Source: Hydrurus foetidus
Lineage: Eukaryota
Direction: 5' to 3'
Length of the DNA: 64,000 bases
NCBI GenBank assembly: GCA_900617105.1
Contig: UYFQ01000001.1
Span: forward strand, 3,224,001 to 3,288,000
Position 1 is the first letter of the stretch. Each line of letters begins with the position of its first letter. Position numbers and translations under genes: made by a program. This document shows positions 20,395-31,964 of the stretch, in pieces. The notes beneath the pieces are model-generated. The model was not told where the DNA came from. It was given only the letters and a program-made list of their open reading frames with translations, and ran no database searches.

Positions 20395-21683
20395 GCGGTG
20401 GTGCCTTCAGCACACGCAACGGCATAGCCTATGGTTTGCTTGGCCTGCCACTGGCGTTTGTGGCGCTGCCGCTATACGTGATTTTGCCGAATCATTATTC
20501 GCGCGAGTTCGGCGTGTCGTTGATTACGCTAGGCTTTGTTTTGTTGGGCGCGCGCCTTTTTGATGCGTTCATTGACCCGCTATTGGGCCGAATGAGCGAC
20601 CGGCTTTTTTCCCGTTCGCCGCAATCGGTGCTGGCAATGGGAGCGGGGGCGGCGGTGCTACTGGCAGCGGGGTTTGCGCTGCTGTTTTTTCCGCAGGTCA
20701 GCTCGCCCAACGCTTTGGTTGTGTGGGCGAGCGTCATGCTGGTGGTCACTTACGCAGGCTACAGCGCGCTGAGCGTGGCGCACCAGTCGTGGGGCGCGAT
20801 GTTGGGCGGCAACGAGGCCGAGCGCAGCCGCATTGTGGCTTGGCGCGAGGGCTTGGGTTTGGTGGGTGTGGTGTTGGCATCTGTTACCCCGGTGGCGCTA
20901 GGGTTGCCTGCCACTACCGGCATATTTTTTGTAGCATTGATCATTGGTTGGCTGGCGTGGTCGCGGGCGGTGCGGCCAGTGGTCAAGGCGCATGCGGTGG
21001 CCGCGCCGGGTGCGATCTGGTTACCGTTTCAGCAGACCAATTTCAAGAGTTTGCTGGGCGTGTTCATGCTCAACGGTATTGCCAGTGCCGTGCCCGCCAC
21101 GCTGATTTTGTTTTTTATTCAAGACCTGCTGCAAGCGCCGAAGTCTCAGGAGCCGTTATTTTTAGGTAGCTATTTTGTAGCGGCGGCGCTGTCAATTCCG
21201 CTGTGGCTGGCTGTGGTCAAGCGTTTGGGCTTGGCCAAAACCTGGCTGTGCGGCATGCTGCTTAGCATTGCCGTGTTTGTATGGGCTACGCAATTAGGTG
21301 CGGGGCAAACCGGCGCATTTATAGCCATTTGCGCGCTGTCGGGCGTGGCGCTGGGGACTGACCTGGCGTTGCCCGGCGCGATGTTGGCGGGCGTGATTCA
21401 GCGCAACGGCGACTCGGGGAAACTAGAAGGTGCATATTTTGGCTGGTGGAACTTCGCCATCAAGCTCAATCTGGCGCTGGCTGCTGGTTTGGCGTTGCCG
21501 CTGCTCAGTTATTTTGGTTATTCACCGGGCGCGCGCGACGCGCAAGCTTTAAGTGCCTTGGTTATTGCGTACTGCGTGTTGCCTTGCCTGCTCAAGCTTC
21601 TGGCAGCGGGCAGTCTGTATTTTTTAGTTATCAAACAACCCGAACACTTCAAGGCGTTGCATGAGCAATCTGATCCAATTTAA
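20391..21683 (+). CDS. MFS transporter (GPH/MFS_2 family)
   Basis: Multiple TM segments; ARLFDAFIDPLLGRMSDR. Confidence 0.9.
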   Translation: MSGGAFSTRNGIAYGLLGLPLAFVALPLYVILPNHYSREFGVSLITLGFVLLGARLFDAFIDPLLGRMSDRLFSRSPQSVLAMGAGAAVLLAAGFALLFFPQVSSPNALVVWASVMLVVTYAGYSALSVAHQSWGAMLGGNEAERSRIVAWREGLGLVGVVLASVTPVALGLPATTGIFFVALIIGWLAWSRAVRPVVKAHAVAAPGAIWLPFQQTNFKSLLGVFMLNGIASAVPATLILFFIQDLLQAPKSQEPLFLGSYFVAAALSIPLWLAVVKRLGLAKTWLCGMLLSIAVFVWATQLGAGQTGAFIAICALSGVALGTDLALPGAMLAGVIQRNGDSGKLEGAYFGWWNFAIKLNLALAAGLALPLLSYFGYSPGARDAQALSALVIAYCVLPCLLKLLAAGSLYFLVIKQPEHFKALHEQSDPI

Positions 21684-22230
21684 AAACGCGTCGCGTGCGC
21701 TAGGCTTAGGTGCAGTACTAGCACTCAGTTTGTTGGCAGGCTGCGCCGGCCCTCAAATTTCTGATTATGCGAACGAAAAACCCGCGCTGGACATGCGCAC
21801 CTACTTCAACGGCAAGATAGATGCGTACGGCGTGTTCACTGATCGTTCGGGTAAGGTGGTCAAGCGGTTCACTGTGGTGATGGACTGCAGCTGGTCTGGC
21901 TTGCCTGGTCAAGAAGTTGGCGTGCTCGATGAAGACTTCACTTACTCAGACGGCACCAAAGACCGCCGCATCTGGACGCTTAAACGCGGTGCCGACGGCG
22001 AGTACACGGGCACTGCCAGCGACGTGCTGGGCGTGGCCAATGGCGAAGTTAAGGGCAATGCCTTTCGCTGGGCCTACACACTGAAGCTGCCGGTTGACGG
22101 CAAAATCATTGAAGTACAGTTTGATGACTGGATGTATTTAATGAACGACAAAGTCATGCTGAATCTGGCCGAAATGAGCAAATTTGGTTTTAAGCTCGGC
22201 GAGGTCACGCTAACCTTCGTTAAGCGGTAG
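21661..22230 (+). CDS. DUF3833 lipoprotein
   Basis: Lipobox LAGC; LDEDFTYSDG, FDDWMYL and MSKFG. Confidence 0.9.
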   Translation: MSNLIQFKNASRALGLGAVLALSLLAGCAGPQISDYANEKPALDMRTYFNGKIDAYGVFTDRSGKVVKRFTVVMDCSWSGLPGQEVGVLDEDFTYSDGTKDRRIWTLKRGADGEYTGTASDVLGVANGEVKGNAFRWAYTLKLPVDGKIIEVQFDDWMYLMNDKVMLNLAEMSKFGFKLGEVTLTFVKR

Positions 22231-22249
22231 TTTTATACAAAATTTGCTT

Positions 22250-22292
22250 TAGCCCAATTAATACGGGCGCAAGCAGCTATTAAATTCATAGT
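22250..22292 (+). repeat. 43-bp dispersed motif, copy 4 (intergenic within the operon)
   Basis: TAGCCCAATTAATACGGGCGCAAGCAGCTATTAAATTCATAGT. Confidence 0.85.
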
Positions 22293-22319
22293 AATCAATT
22301 CACGAGTCTGCTTATCACC

Positions 22320-23090
22320 ATGCCGCATAACATTCCCATCACTGACTGGCGGGGCAAATCTGTCTGGCTCGTGGGCGCTTCATCCGGGATTGGCCGGGCC
22401 ACCGCGCATGCGCTGCATGCGGCGGGCGCCATCGTTACAGTTTCGGCGCGTGGCCAGCAGGCGCTCGACACGTTTGCGGCAGAGCACCCGGGTGCGCGCG
22501 TGCTGGCGCTGGACGCTGCCGACGCTGCGTCTGTCGAGGCAGCAGCCCGCACCGTGCTGGCTGCTGGGCCACTTGACATGGTGTTTTACTGTGCGGGCTA
22601 CTACAAAGAAATGCGCGCCACAGAGTTTGACCTGGCGCAAATGCTCCAGCACAACCAGATCAACTACGTCGGTGCGCTGTATGTGCTGGCAGCGGTTTTG
22701 CCGCACTTTTTGCAGCGCCGCTCCGGGCATGTCAGTCTGGTCAGCAGCGTGGCGGGTTATCGCGGTTTGCCGCAAGGCCTGGCTTATGGGCCGACCAAAG
22801 CCGCACTGATCAACCTGGCTGAGACCATGCACGTTGATTTGAAAGACAGCAACATCAGCGTTAGCCTGATTTGCCCAGGCTTTGTTGAAACGCCCCTTAC
22901 CGCACAAAACAAATTCGCCATGCCGGGATTGATCAAGCCTGAAAAAGCAGCCGAAGAAATTCTCAAAGGCTGGAGTAAAGGCGAGTTCGAAATTCACTTT
23001 CCGAAACGCTTCACTTTCACGATGAAGGCACTCGCCCTGTTGCCTCCAGCGCTGTACTTTCCCGCCGTCCGAAAGTTCACGGGGCTTTAA
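22320..23090 (+). CDS. SDR family oxidoreductase
   Basis: GASSGIG, YGPTK (YxxxK) and PGFVETPLT. Confidence 0.93.
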   Translation: MPHNIPITDWRGKSVWLVGASSGIGRATAHALHAAGAIVTVSARGQQALDTFAAEHPGARVLALDAADAASVEAAARTVLAAGPLDMVFYCAGYYKEMRATEFDLAQMLQHNQINYVGALYVLAAVLPHFLQRRSGHVSLVSSVAGYRGLPQGLAYGPTKAALINLAETMHVDLKDSNISVSLICPGFVETPLTAQNKFAMPGLIKPEKAAEEILKGWSKGEFEIHFPKRFTFTMKALALLPPALYFPAVRKFTGL

Positions 23091-23229
23091 GACCTGCTTA
23101 GCTGGTTCGCGCTTTACAGCGGAAGCAGTGTGGGGGCCCTGCCGGTGGATTGCCTGAAGCGAGACCCGGCATTAGCGTTTCATCGACTTCGCGAGTCGGG
23201 CGCACCAAACTGAATATTTGGTCAAGCTG

Positions 23230-23301
23230 CGCATTGTTCTGGTGCAAAAAATAGTTAGATATTGGTGCGTTTGTATCAGCGGCACTGGCACGAGCTTTGC
23301 A
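23230..23301 (+). promoter_or_regulatory. Sigma54 promoter with upstream NtrC-like site
   Basis: TGGCAC-N5-TTGCA at 23286-23301; CGCATTGTTCTGGTGCA at 23230-23246, plus GCACCA/TGGTGC half-sites. Confidence 0.85.
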
Positions 23302-23363
23302 ACTAAAGGTGTGATCATTACTGATCAAGCATGACTCAATTCTAAAATTCTGGAGATTACTAA

Positions 23364-24638
23364 ATGGATCGTAGAGACACCCTGAAGTCCCTAAGCGCAG
23401 CCGCAGCAATTGCCATGACGGGCATGTCTAGCAAGGCGTTGGCGCAAGCTGGCAGCACCATCAAGGTCGGTATTTTGCACAGCCTATCGGGCACCATGGC
23501 TATTTCTGAGACGGTGCTCAAAGACACCGTCATGATGGCGATTGACGAGATCAATGCCAAGGGCGGCGTGCTCGGCAAAAAGCTGGAAGCTGTAATCGTT
23601 GACCCGGCTTCCAACTGGCCTTTGTTTGCTGAAAAAACCAAGCAACTGCTGACGCAAGACAAAGTCTCGGTCATTTTTGGCTGCTGGACTTCGGTGTCAC
23701 GCAAGTCAGCATTGCCAGTACTTGAAGAGCTGAACGGCTTGCTGTTCTACCCCGTGCAGTACGAAGGTGAAGAGCTGAGCAAAAACGTGTTCTACACGGG
23801 CGCAGCACCTAACCAGCAGGCCATCCCTGCAGTTGACTATTTGATGAGCAAAGACGGCGGCGGCGCCAAGCGTTGGGTATTGCTGGGCACCGACTACGTG
23901 TACCCACGCACCACCAACAAAATTTTGCGCGCTTACCTCAAGTCCAAAGGCGTTCTAGAGAAAGACATCGACGAAAAATACACCCCGTTTGGCCATTCGG
24001 ACTACCAAACCATCGTGGCTGACGTCAAAAAGTTTGCAGCTGGCGGCAAAACCGCTGTGGTGTCGACCATCAACGGCGACTCCAACGTGCCTTTCTATAA
24101 AGAGCTGGGCAACGCTGGCCTGAAAGCCAAAGACGTGCCAGTGGTGGCCTTCTCGGTCGGCGAAGAAGAGCTGCGCGGTGTGGACACCAAGCCGCTGGTC
24201 GGCCACCTGGCCGCGTGGAATTACTTCCAGTCGATCAAGAATCCAACCAATGACGAGTTCATCAAAAAGTGGTCAGCCTACGCCAAGGCCAAGGGCATTG
24301 CCGGTCACAAAGACAAGGCGTTGACTAACGACCCGATGGAAGCGACTTACATCGGCATCAACATGTGGAAGCAAGCGGTTGAAAAAGCCAAGTCAGTCGA
24401 CGTTGACAAGGTGATTGCCGCCATGGCTGGCCAGACCTTCACCGCACCGTCTGGCATCACCAGCAAGATGGACGAGAAAAACCACCACCTGCACAAGAGC
24501 GTGTTCATCGGCGAGATCAAAGCCGACGGTCAGTTCAATGTGGTGTGGAAGACGCCCGGCCCGGTCAAAGCCAAACCGTGGTCTCCGTACATTGAAGGTA
24601 ACGACAAGAAGCCTGACGAGCCAGCCAAGAAGGCTTAA
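23364..24638 (+). CDS. urtA: Urea ABC transporter substrate-binding protein
   Basis: Tat-like RR leader; KVGILHSLSGTMAISE, FGCWTSVSRK and YPVQYEG. Confidence 0.95.
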   Translation: MDRRDTLKSLSAAAAIAMTGMSSKALAQAGSTIKVGILHSLSGTMAISETVLKDTVMMAIDEINAKGGVLGKKLEAVIVDPASNWPLFAEKTKQLLTQDKVSVIFGCWTSVSRKSALPVLEELNGLLFYPVQYEGEELSKNVFYTGAAPNQQAIPAVDYLMSKDGGGAKRWVLLGTDYVYPRTTNKILRAYLKSKGVLEKDIDEKYTPFGHSDYQTIVADVKKFAAGGKTAVVSTINGDSNVPFYKELGNAGLKAKDVPVVAFSVGEEELRGVDTKPLVGHLAAWNYFQSIKNPTNDEFIKKWSAYAKAKGIAGHKDKALTNDPMEATYIGINMWKQAVEKAKSVDVDKVIAAMAGQTFTAPSGITSKMDEKNHHLHKSVFIGEIKADGQFNVVWKTPGPVKAKPWSPYIEGNDKKPDEPAKKA

Positions 24639-24662
24639 GCGGTTTATTTCCCAAGGTTAATC

Positions 24663-24692
24663 CATGAAGGGCGGCGAAAGCCGCCTTTCATG
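24663..24692 (+). terminator. Stem-loop after urtA (terminator or mRNA stabiliser)
   Basis: CATGAAGGGCGGC-GAAA-GCCGCCTTTCATG. Confidence 0.7.
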
Positions 24693-24769
24693 CTTTAGGG
24701 CTTTTCGTGTGCGTATGCACCCGCACAATGACGTGCAGTTTGACAGCGTGCTCACATGACAGGTTTTTC

Positions 24770-26353
24770 ATGATTCAAAAAATACTTTATGCAACCGTGC
24801 TGTGCGCCGGTTTGCTTTATTCATTGCCAACGTCGGCATTGACACTGCAAGAAGTCCAAGGAATGGCTGTGGGCGATGCTGATGCTCGCATTGCAGCGTT
24901 GACCAAAGCTGTTGTTCAGGCAGACGACAAAACAGCCGCGTTTATTCAGGCTTTGGCTGACGATGCCGTCAAAACCGCAGGTGACAAAGTTTTCATCGTG
25001 CGTGACGGCAAAGCGACTGACCCAGTTACGGGCCAAGCGGTTACGCTGCCCGACGGTGCTGAAGACGTGATCAGCAACAACCGCATGCGCGGCGAGCTCG
25101 ATGGCGCGCAAGCCATCCTCAAGCTGTTTTCAAAAGACGACAAGCTGCGCGGCGAGGCGATAGCGTCGCTGCTCAAAGACCCGGACGAATCCAAGCTCGC
25201 CTTGCTCGACCAGGCGCTGGCGGCTGAGGCCAACCCCGATTTAAAAGCCAAGCTTGGCCTGGCACGCGCCGCCGCCATGCTGGGCAGCACAGACAAAGCC
25301 CTGCGCCTGCAAGCCGCCAAAGCACTTAGCGAAAGCAAAGACCCAGCAACGCAATTGCTGCTCAATGAACGCGTCAAGCTGGAAGACGACGCAGAAGTCA
25401 AAGCACAACTCCAAGCGTCGTTGGCCAAAATCAAATCGTCGCTTGGCTTGGGTGAAACGCTGGGCGTGATGTTCACCGGCATCAGCTTGGGTTCTATCTT
25501 GCTGTTGGCCGCACTCGGTCTGGCCATCACCTACGGACTGATGGGCGTGATCAACATGGCGCATGGCGAGCTGATCATGATCGGCGCTTACGCCACCTAC
25601 GTGGTGCAAACACTGTTTCGTCAATATTTGCCCGGCGCGTTCGACTGGTATTTGATCGCGGCCATTCCGGTGGCGTTTATAGCCTCTGCGTTGGTGGGCG
25701 CAGCGATGGAGCGCACAGTGATTCGCTTTTTGTATGGCCACCCGTTGGAGACGCTGCTGGCCACGTGGGGCATCAGCTTGATTTTGATGCAGTCGGTGCG
25801 CACGATTTTTGGCGCGCAAAACGTAGGCGTTGAAAACCCGTCCTGGATGAGTGGCAACTTTGCGCTGCTGCCGAATTTGTCATTGCCCTACAACCGTTTG
25901 ATGATTGTCGTGTTTGCCGCCCTGGTGCTGATCGGCGTGGCGTTGGTGATCAGCAAAACACGCTTGGGCTTGTTTGTGCGCGGCGTGACCCAAAACCGCC
26001 CAATTGCCGCCTGCATGGGCGTGAATACGGCGCGTATTGACACTTACGCCTTCTCGCTAGGTTCGGGCATTGCGGGGCTGGCAGGTTGTGCCTTGAGCCA
26101 AGTCGGCAACGTCGGGCCTGACTTGGGGCAAAGCTACATCGTGGATTCGTTCATGGTGGTGGTGCTCGGCGGTGTGGGGCAACTGGCCGGTACGGTGTAT
26201 GCCGCGCTCGGGCTGGGCGTGCTCAATAAGTTCCTGGAAGGCTGGCAGGGTGCGGTGCTTGCCAAAATTGCGGTGCTGGTATTCATCATTGTCTTTATTC
26301 AAAAGCGGCCGCAAGGCATTTTTGCCCTTAAAGGTCGGAGTGCTGAAGCATGA
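24770..26353 (+). CDS. urtB: Urea ABC transporter permease UrtB
   Basis: N-terminal periplasmic helical domain; GLAITYGLMGVINMAHGE. Confidence 0.93.
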   Translation: MIQKILYATVLCAGLLYSLPTSALTLQEVQGMAVGDADARIAALTKAVVQADDKTAAFIQALADDAVKTAGDKVFIVRDGKATDPVTGQAVTLPDGAEDVISNNRMRGELDGAQAILKLFSKDDKLRGEAIASLLKDPDESKLALLDQALAAEANPDLKAKLGLARAAAMLGSTDKALRLQAAKALSESKDPATQLLLNERVKLEDDAEVKAQLQASLAKIKSSLGLGETLGVMFTGISLGSILLLAALGLAITYGLMGVINMAHGELIMIGAYATYVVQTLFRQYLPGAFDWYLIAAIPVAFIASALVGAAMERTVIRFLYGHPLETLLATWGISLILMQSVRTIFGAQNVGVENPSWMSGNFALLPNLSLPYNRLMIVVFAALVLIGVALVISKTRLGLFVRGVTQNRPIAACMGVNTARIDTYAFSLGSGIAGLAGCALSQVGNVGPDLGQSYIVDSFMVVVLGGVGQLAGTVYAALGLGVLNKFLEGWQGAVLAKIAVLVFIIVFIQKRPQGIFALKGRSAEA

Positions 26354-27477
26354 ACGCCCCATCACAAACTCTTGAATTACCCAAAGCAGCTCCTTTGATG
26401 AGTCGCACCGGCTGGGCGGCATTTTTAGTCGCTTTGATCATCGTTTGCGCACTCGCGCCAGTGCTCAACCTGATGGTGCCAGACGGCAGCATCTTCCACT
26501 TGAGCGACTTCGCCATTAGCCTGATTGGCAAGATCATGTGCTACGCCATTTGTGCGCTGGCGATGGACTTGATTTGGGGCTACACGGGTATCTTGAGCCT
26601 GGGCCACGGCTTGTTTTTTGCGCTCGGCGGCTACGCCATGGGCATGTACCTGATGCGCCAAATCGGCCTGGACGGCAACTACAAAAGCGGCCTGCCGGAC
26701 TTCATGGTGTTCCTCGACTGGAAGACTTTGCCGTGGCACTGGTTGGGCAGCGCGTCGTTTGCCTTCCAGATGGCGATGGTGGTGATTGCACCTGGCTTGC
26801 TGGCTCTTGTGTTCGGCTTTTTTGCCTTTCGCTCACGCATCAAGGGCGTGTACTTTTCCATCATCACGCAGGCGCTGACGTTTGCCGCCATGCTGCTGTT
26901 TTTCCGCAATGAGACTGGCTTTGGCGGCAATAACGGCTTTACCGATTTCAAACGCATTTTGGACATACCGATTGCCCAGCCCACCACGCGCATGGTGTTG
27001 TTTGTACTGACAGGGCTGACGCTGTTGGGGTTTTATCTGTTCTCCCGCTGGCTGGTGCAAAGCAAGTTTGGCCGCGTGCTGCAAGCCATTCGTGATGCTG
27101 AAAGCCGCGTCATGTTCTCGGGCTACAACCCTGTTGCTTACAAGCTCACGATTTGGGTCATTTCCGCCATCATGTGCGGCATTGCCGGGGCGCTGTATGT
27201 GCCGCAGGTTGGCATCATCAACCCCGGTGAAATGAGCCCGGCCAATTCGATTGAAATGGCGATTTGGGCGGCAGTGGGTGGCCGTGCCACGCTGATTGGG
27301 CCGATCGTGGGCGCGTTTGCTGTCAACGGTGCCAAGAGTTGGTTCACCGCAGCTTTCCCCGAGTATTGGTTGTACTTTTTAGGCGCCATCTTTATTGCCG
27401 TGACGTTGTACCTGCCGCAGGGCATTGTGGGCCTGGTCCGCAAAATTTTCGGCAAATCAGACGGGAGCAAAGCATGA
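26350..27477 (+). CDS. urtC: Urea ABC transporter permease UrtC
   Basis: DLIWGYTGILSLGHG and FRSRIKGVYFSIITQA. Confidence 0.94.
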   Translation: MNAPSQTLELPKAAPLMSRTGWAAFLVALIIVCALAPVLNLMVPDGSIFHLSDFAISLIGKIMCYAICALAMDLIWGYTGILSLGHGLFFALGGYAMGMYLMRQIGLDGNYKSGLPDFMVFLDWKTLPWHWLGSASFAFQMAMVVIAPGLLALVFGFFAFRSRIKGVYFSIITQALTFAAMLLFFRNETGFGGNNGFTDFKRILDIPIAQPTTRMVLFVLTGLTLLGFYLFSRWLVQSKFGRVLQAIRDAESRVMFSGYNPVAYKLTIWVISAIMCGIAGALYVPQVGIINPGEMSPANSIEMAIWAAVGGRATLIGPIVGAFAVNGAKSWFTAAFPEYWLYFLGAIFIAVTLYLPQGIVGLVRKIFGKSDGSKA

Positions 27478-28349
27478 CCCCCGATTTGATGGAGCAAGGC
27501 GCCAAGCGCCTGCAAGCTTTGAGCGAACCGCATACCAGCGGCAAAACCGAATCAGGCGGGCGTGAAGCGGGTTTTGCGCGAATCGCGCATGCCGGCGAGG
27601 TCGACACTGCCCATGGTCGCATTTTGTATTTAGAAAATGTCAACGTCAGCTTCGACGGCTTCAAGGCCATCAACAACTTGTCGCTAGACATTGCCCCTGG
27701 CGAGCTGCGCTGCATCATTGGGCCCAACGGCGCGGGTAAAACCACCATGATGGACATCATCACCGGCAAAACCCGGCCGAACAGCGGCACGGTGTTTTTT
27801 GGCTCCACGATCGACCTGCTGCGCTACAACGAATTTGAAATTGCGCAAATGGGCATTGGCCGCAAGTTTCAAAAACCCACCGTGTTTGAGCAGCTCAGCG
27901 TGTTTGAAAACCTGGAGCTCGCGCTCAAAACCAACAAGGCCGTGAAAAGCGCGATGTTTTTCAAGCTCGACTCGGTGCAGAGCGACCGCCTGGCGCTGGT
28001 GCTGCACACCATCCACCTGGCCAGCGACGTGCGCCGCATGGCGGGCAACCTGAGCCATGGCCAAAAGCAGTGGCTGGAAATCGGCATGCTGCTCATGCAA
28101 GACCCCAAACTGCTGCTGTTAGACGAGCCCGTGGCAGGCATGACCGATGAAGAAACCGTGCGCACCGCCGAGCTGTTTATCTCGCTCAAAAAGCACCACA
28201 GCCTGATTGTGGTGGAGCATGACATGAGCTTTATTGAGCGCATTTCTGAGAAGGTGACGGTGCTGCACGAAGGAAGTGTGCTGGCCGAAGGCACACTCGC
28301 ACAAGTCCAGAACAATGAAAAAGTCATTGAAGTTTACTTAGGCCGTTGA
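27474..28349 (+). CDS. urtD: Urea ABC transporter ATP-binding protein UrtD
   Basis: GPNGAGKT, LSHGQKQWLEIG and LLLDEP. Confidence 0.94.
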   Translation: MTPDLMEQGAKRLQALSEPHTSGKTESGGREAGFARIAHAGEVDTAHGRILYLENVNVSFDGFKAINNLSLDIAPGELRCIIGPNGAGKTTMMDIITGKTRPNSGTVFFGSTIDLLRYNEFEIAQMGIGRKFQKPTVFEQLSVFENLELALKTNKAVKSAMFFKLDSVQSDRLALVLHTIHLASDVRRMAGNLSHGQKQWLEIGMLLMQDPKLLLLDEPVAGMTDEETVRTAELFISLKKHHSLIVVEHDMSFIERISEKVTVLHEGSVLAEGTLAQVQNNEKVIEVYLGR

Positions 28350-28362
28350 AGCCACATTACCC

Positions 28363-29067
28363 ATGACGACACCCATCCTTCAGGTCAAAGACATCAACCA
28401 GTACTACGGCGGCTCGCACATTCTGCGCGGCGTCAGCCTTGAAGCGCGTCTCGGCAAAGTCACGGTGCTGCTGGGCCGCAACGGTGTGGGCAAAACCACG
28501 CTGCTCAAGTCGCTCATGGGTTTGGTGCCCATCCGCTCGGGCAGCATCGCGTTTGATGACAAGCAGATTGAAAAGGCCACCTCATACGAACGCGCCAGAG
28601 CAGGCATCGGCTTTGTACCGCAAGGCCGTGAGATTTTTGCGCGCCTGACAGTTGAAGACAACCTGCTGATGGGCTTGGCCTACAAAAGCGCTTCGACGCC
28701 GATACCGGCTGAGTTGTTTGAACTGTTCCCGGTGCTCAAGCAAATGATCTCGCGGCGCGGCGGCGACTTGTCTGGCGGGCAGCAGCAGCAGTTGGCGATT
28801 GCGCGCGCCTTGGCTGCCAAACCCAAGCTACTGATTTTGGACGAGCCTACCGAAGGCATTCAGCCCAGCATCATCAAAGACATTGGCCGGGTCATTCGCA
28901 TGCTGGCGGATCGGGGCGACATGGCGATTGTGCTGTGCGAGCAGTACTACGACTTTGCCCAAGAGCTGGCCGACGATTACCTGGTCATGCAGCGCGGCGA
29001 GGTGATCGCCCGTGGGCCGGGCAGCGAGATGCAGGCTAAGGGCATCCGGCAACTGGTAGCGATTTAA
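28363..29067 (+). CDS. urtE: Urea ABC transporter ATP-binding protein UrtE
   Basis: GRNGVGKT, LSGGQQQQLAI and DEPTEGIQP. Confidence 0.94.
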   Translation: MTTPILQVKDINQYYGGSHILRGVSLEARLGKVTVLLGRNGVGKTTLLKSLMGLVPIRSGSIAFDDKQIEKATSYERARAGIGFVPQGREIFARLTVEDNLLMGLAYKSASTPIPAELFELFPVLKQMISRRGGDLSGGQQQQLAIARALAAKPKLLILDEPTEGIQPSIIKDIGRVIRMLADRGDMAIVLCEQYYDFAQELADDYLVMQRGEVIARGPGSEMQAKGIRQLVAI

Positions 29068-29092
29068 ATGGGCGACATTAACCGCGGTGAGT

Positions 29093-29135
29093 GCTACTAA
29101 ATAAGGAGCTGATTACGCCTGTATTTATTGGGCTA
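29093..29135 (-). repeat. 43-bp dispersed motif, copy 5 (between convergent genes)
   Basis: Reverse complement TAGCCCAATAAATACAGGCGTAATCAGCTCCTTATTTAGTAGC. Confidence 0.8.
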
Positions 29136-29182
29136 CAGGCCTAATTGACCCCCTAAAATACCCAAAAACTCGCCCGAAATGG

Positions 29183-29797
29183 CTATTGAGGCGCAGTTTC
29201 AATAAAGCTCTGCCGCAGCGCCAGTTTGTCGTGCAGCTTGCTCAAGTTGGAGTAAGTGGCGCGCCAAGCAACGTCGGGGAACCGAAAGTCCAGGTAGCTC
29301 AGTGCGCAGCCTACAGCCACGTCCGACAGGCTGAAATGCACGCCGCTGCAAAACGGTTTGTCGCCCAGCCCCGTGCTCATGGCGCCCAATACGGCGTTGA
29401 TTTTGCCCATCTGGCGGTCTATCCATGGCTGGCTGCGCTGCGTCTCAAGACGGCCTTTAAAAACAACTTCCATGCGTGCCAGCAGCGCTGCGTCCATCAG
29501 GCCATCGGCCAGTGCCTCCCAGGTTTTGACTTCAGCGCGCTCGCGGCCTTGCGCCGGAATCAATTTGCCCACCGGCGACAGCGTGTCCAGGTATTCCACA
29601 ATCACGCGCGAATCAAACACAGCCTCGCCGCCTTCCATCACCAGGCACGGCACCTTGCCGAGTGGGTTTGACTGCGTAATCGGCGAGTCAGTGGCCCATA
29701 CGTCTTCTTGCACCAATTGGTAGTCCAGCTTTTTTTCAATCATCACGACACGTACTTTGCGTGTGTAGGGGCTGGCAATCGATCCGATAAGTTTCAT
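29183..29797 (-). CDS. Glutathione S-transferase (YibF-like)
   Basis: SPYTRKVR, NPLGKVP and FDSRVIVEYLD. Confidence 0.93.
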   Translation of the reverse strand: MKLIGSIASPYTRKVRVVMIEKKLDYQLVQEDVWATDSPITQSNPLGKVPCLVMEGGEAVFDSRVIVEYLDTLSPVGKLIPAQGRERAEVKTWEALADGLMDAALLARMEVVFKGRLETQRSQPWIDRQMGKINAVLGAMSTGLGDKPFCSGVHFSLSDVAVGCALSYLDFRFPDVAWRATYSNLSKLHDKLALRQSFIETAPQ

Positions 29798-29865
29798 AGC
29801 AGTGTTTTATTGTCGCGAGGTGTCGCGAGGTGTCGAGAAGTACGAAAAGTATTCTATCGACTTGA

Positions 29866-31317
<1,452 letters not shown>

Positions 31318-31379
31318 TTTAGCTGCGGCGCTCCTGGCGCGGCAGCTTTGTTTCTTTATTTTTATTACTGGAGATCACC

Positions 31380-31889
31380 ATGGCCAAATCTAAAAATTCT
31401 GTTGCTACACCACCCGCTAGCATCAACATCGGCATCAGTGAAAAAGACCGCGCCGCAATCGCCAAGGGCCTCAGCCACCAGCTGGCCGACACGTACACGC
31501 TGTACCTGACCACGCACAACTTTCACTGGAACGTGACCGGCCCCATGTTCAACACGCTGCACCAAATGTTCATGGTGCAGTACACCGAGCTGTGGGCAGC
31601 GGTTGACCCAATAGCCGAGCGCATCCGCGCACTCGGCCACCCCGCGCCAGGCTCGTACGCGCAGTTCAGCAAACTCGCATCAGTGCCAGACGCGCCCGCC
31701 ACACCACCCAAGGCGCTAGAGATGGTGCGCATTTTGGTAGCAGGTCATGAAGCGGTTGCCCGCACTGCGCGGCAGTTGTTCCCTGTCGCTAACAAAGCCA
31801 GCGACGAGCCCACCGCCGATTTGCTGACCCAACGGTTGACAGTGCATGAGCAGACGGCGTGGATGCTCCGGTCGTTGCTTGAAGAGTGA
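31380..31889 (+). CDS. dps: Dps family DNA-protecting ferritin
   Basis: [21 protein letters not shown] and HEQTAWML. Confidence 0.95.
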   Translation: MAKSKNSVATPPASINIGISEKDRAAIAKGLSHQLADTYTLYLTTHNFHWNVTGPMFNTLHQMFMVQYTELWAAVDPIAERIRALGHPAPGSYAQFSKLASVPDAPATPPKALEMVRILVAGHEAVARTARQLFPVANKASDEPTADLLTQRLTVHEQTAWMLRSLLEE

Positions 31890-31964
31890 TCTGCCCGTTT
31901 GAGGCAGCCAATTGACGGTCTGATTGGCGGTCTGATTTTGCGCCTGTAACCGTATGATGCGGCT

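Noticed and set aside
29811..29836. Tandem TGTCGCGAGG x2.5 in the GST-purB spacer
   Set aside because: A short local duplication with no other copies seen and no evident function.
31911..31937. Tandem ATTGRCGGTCTG at the left edge of the R-M island as a possible att site
   Set aside because: I found no matching copy at the right edge (about 42570-42600) and no integrase.
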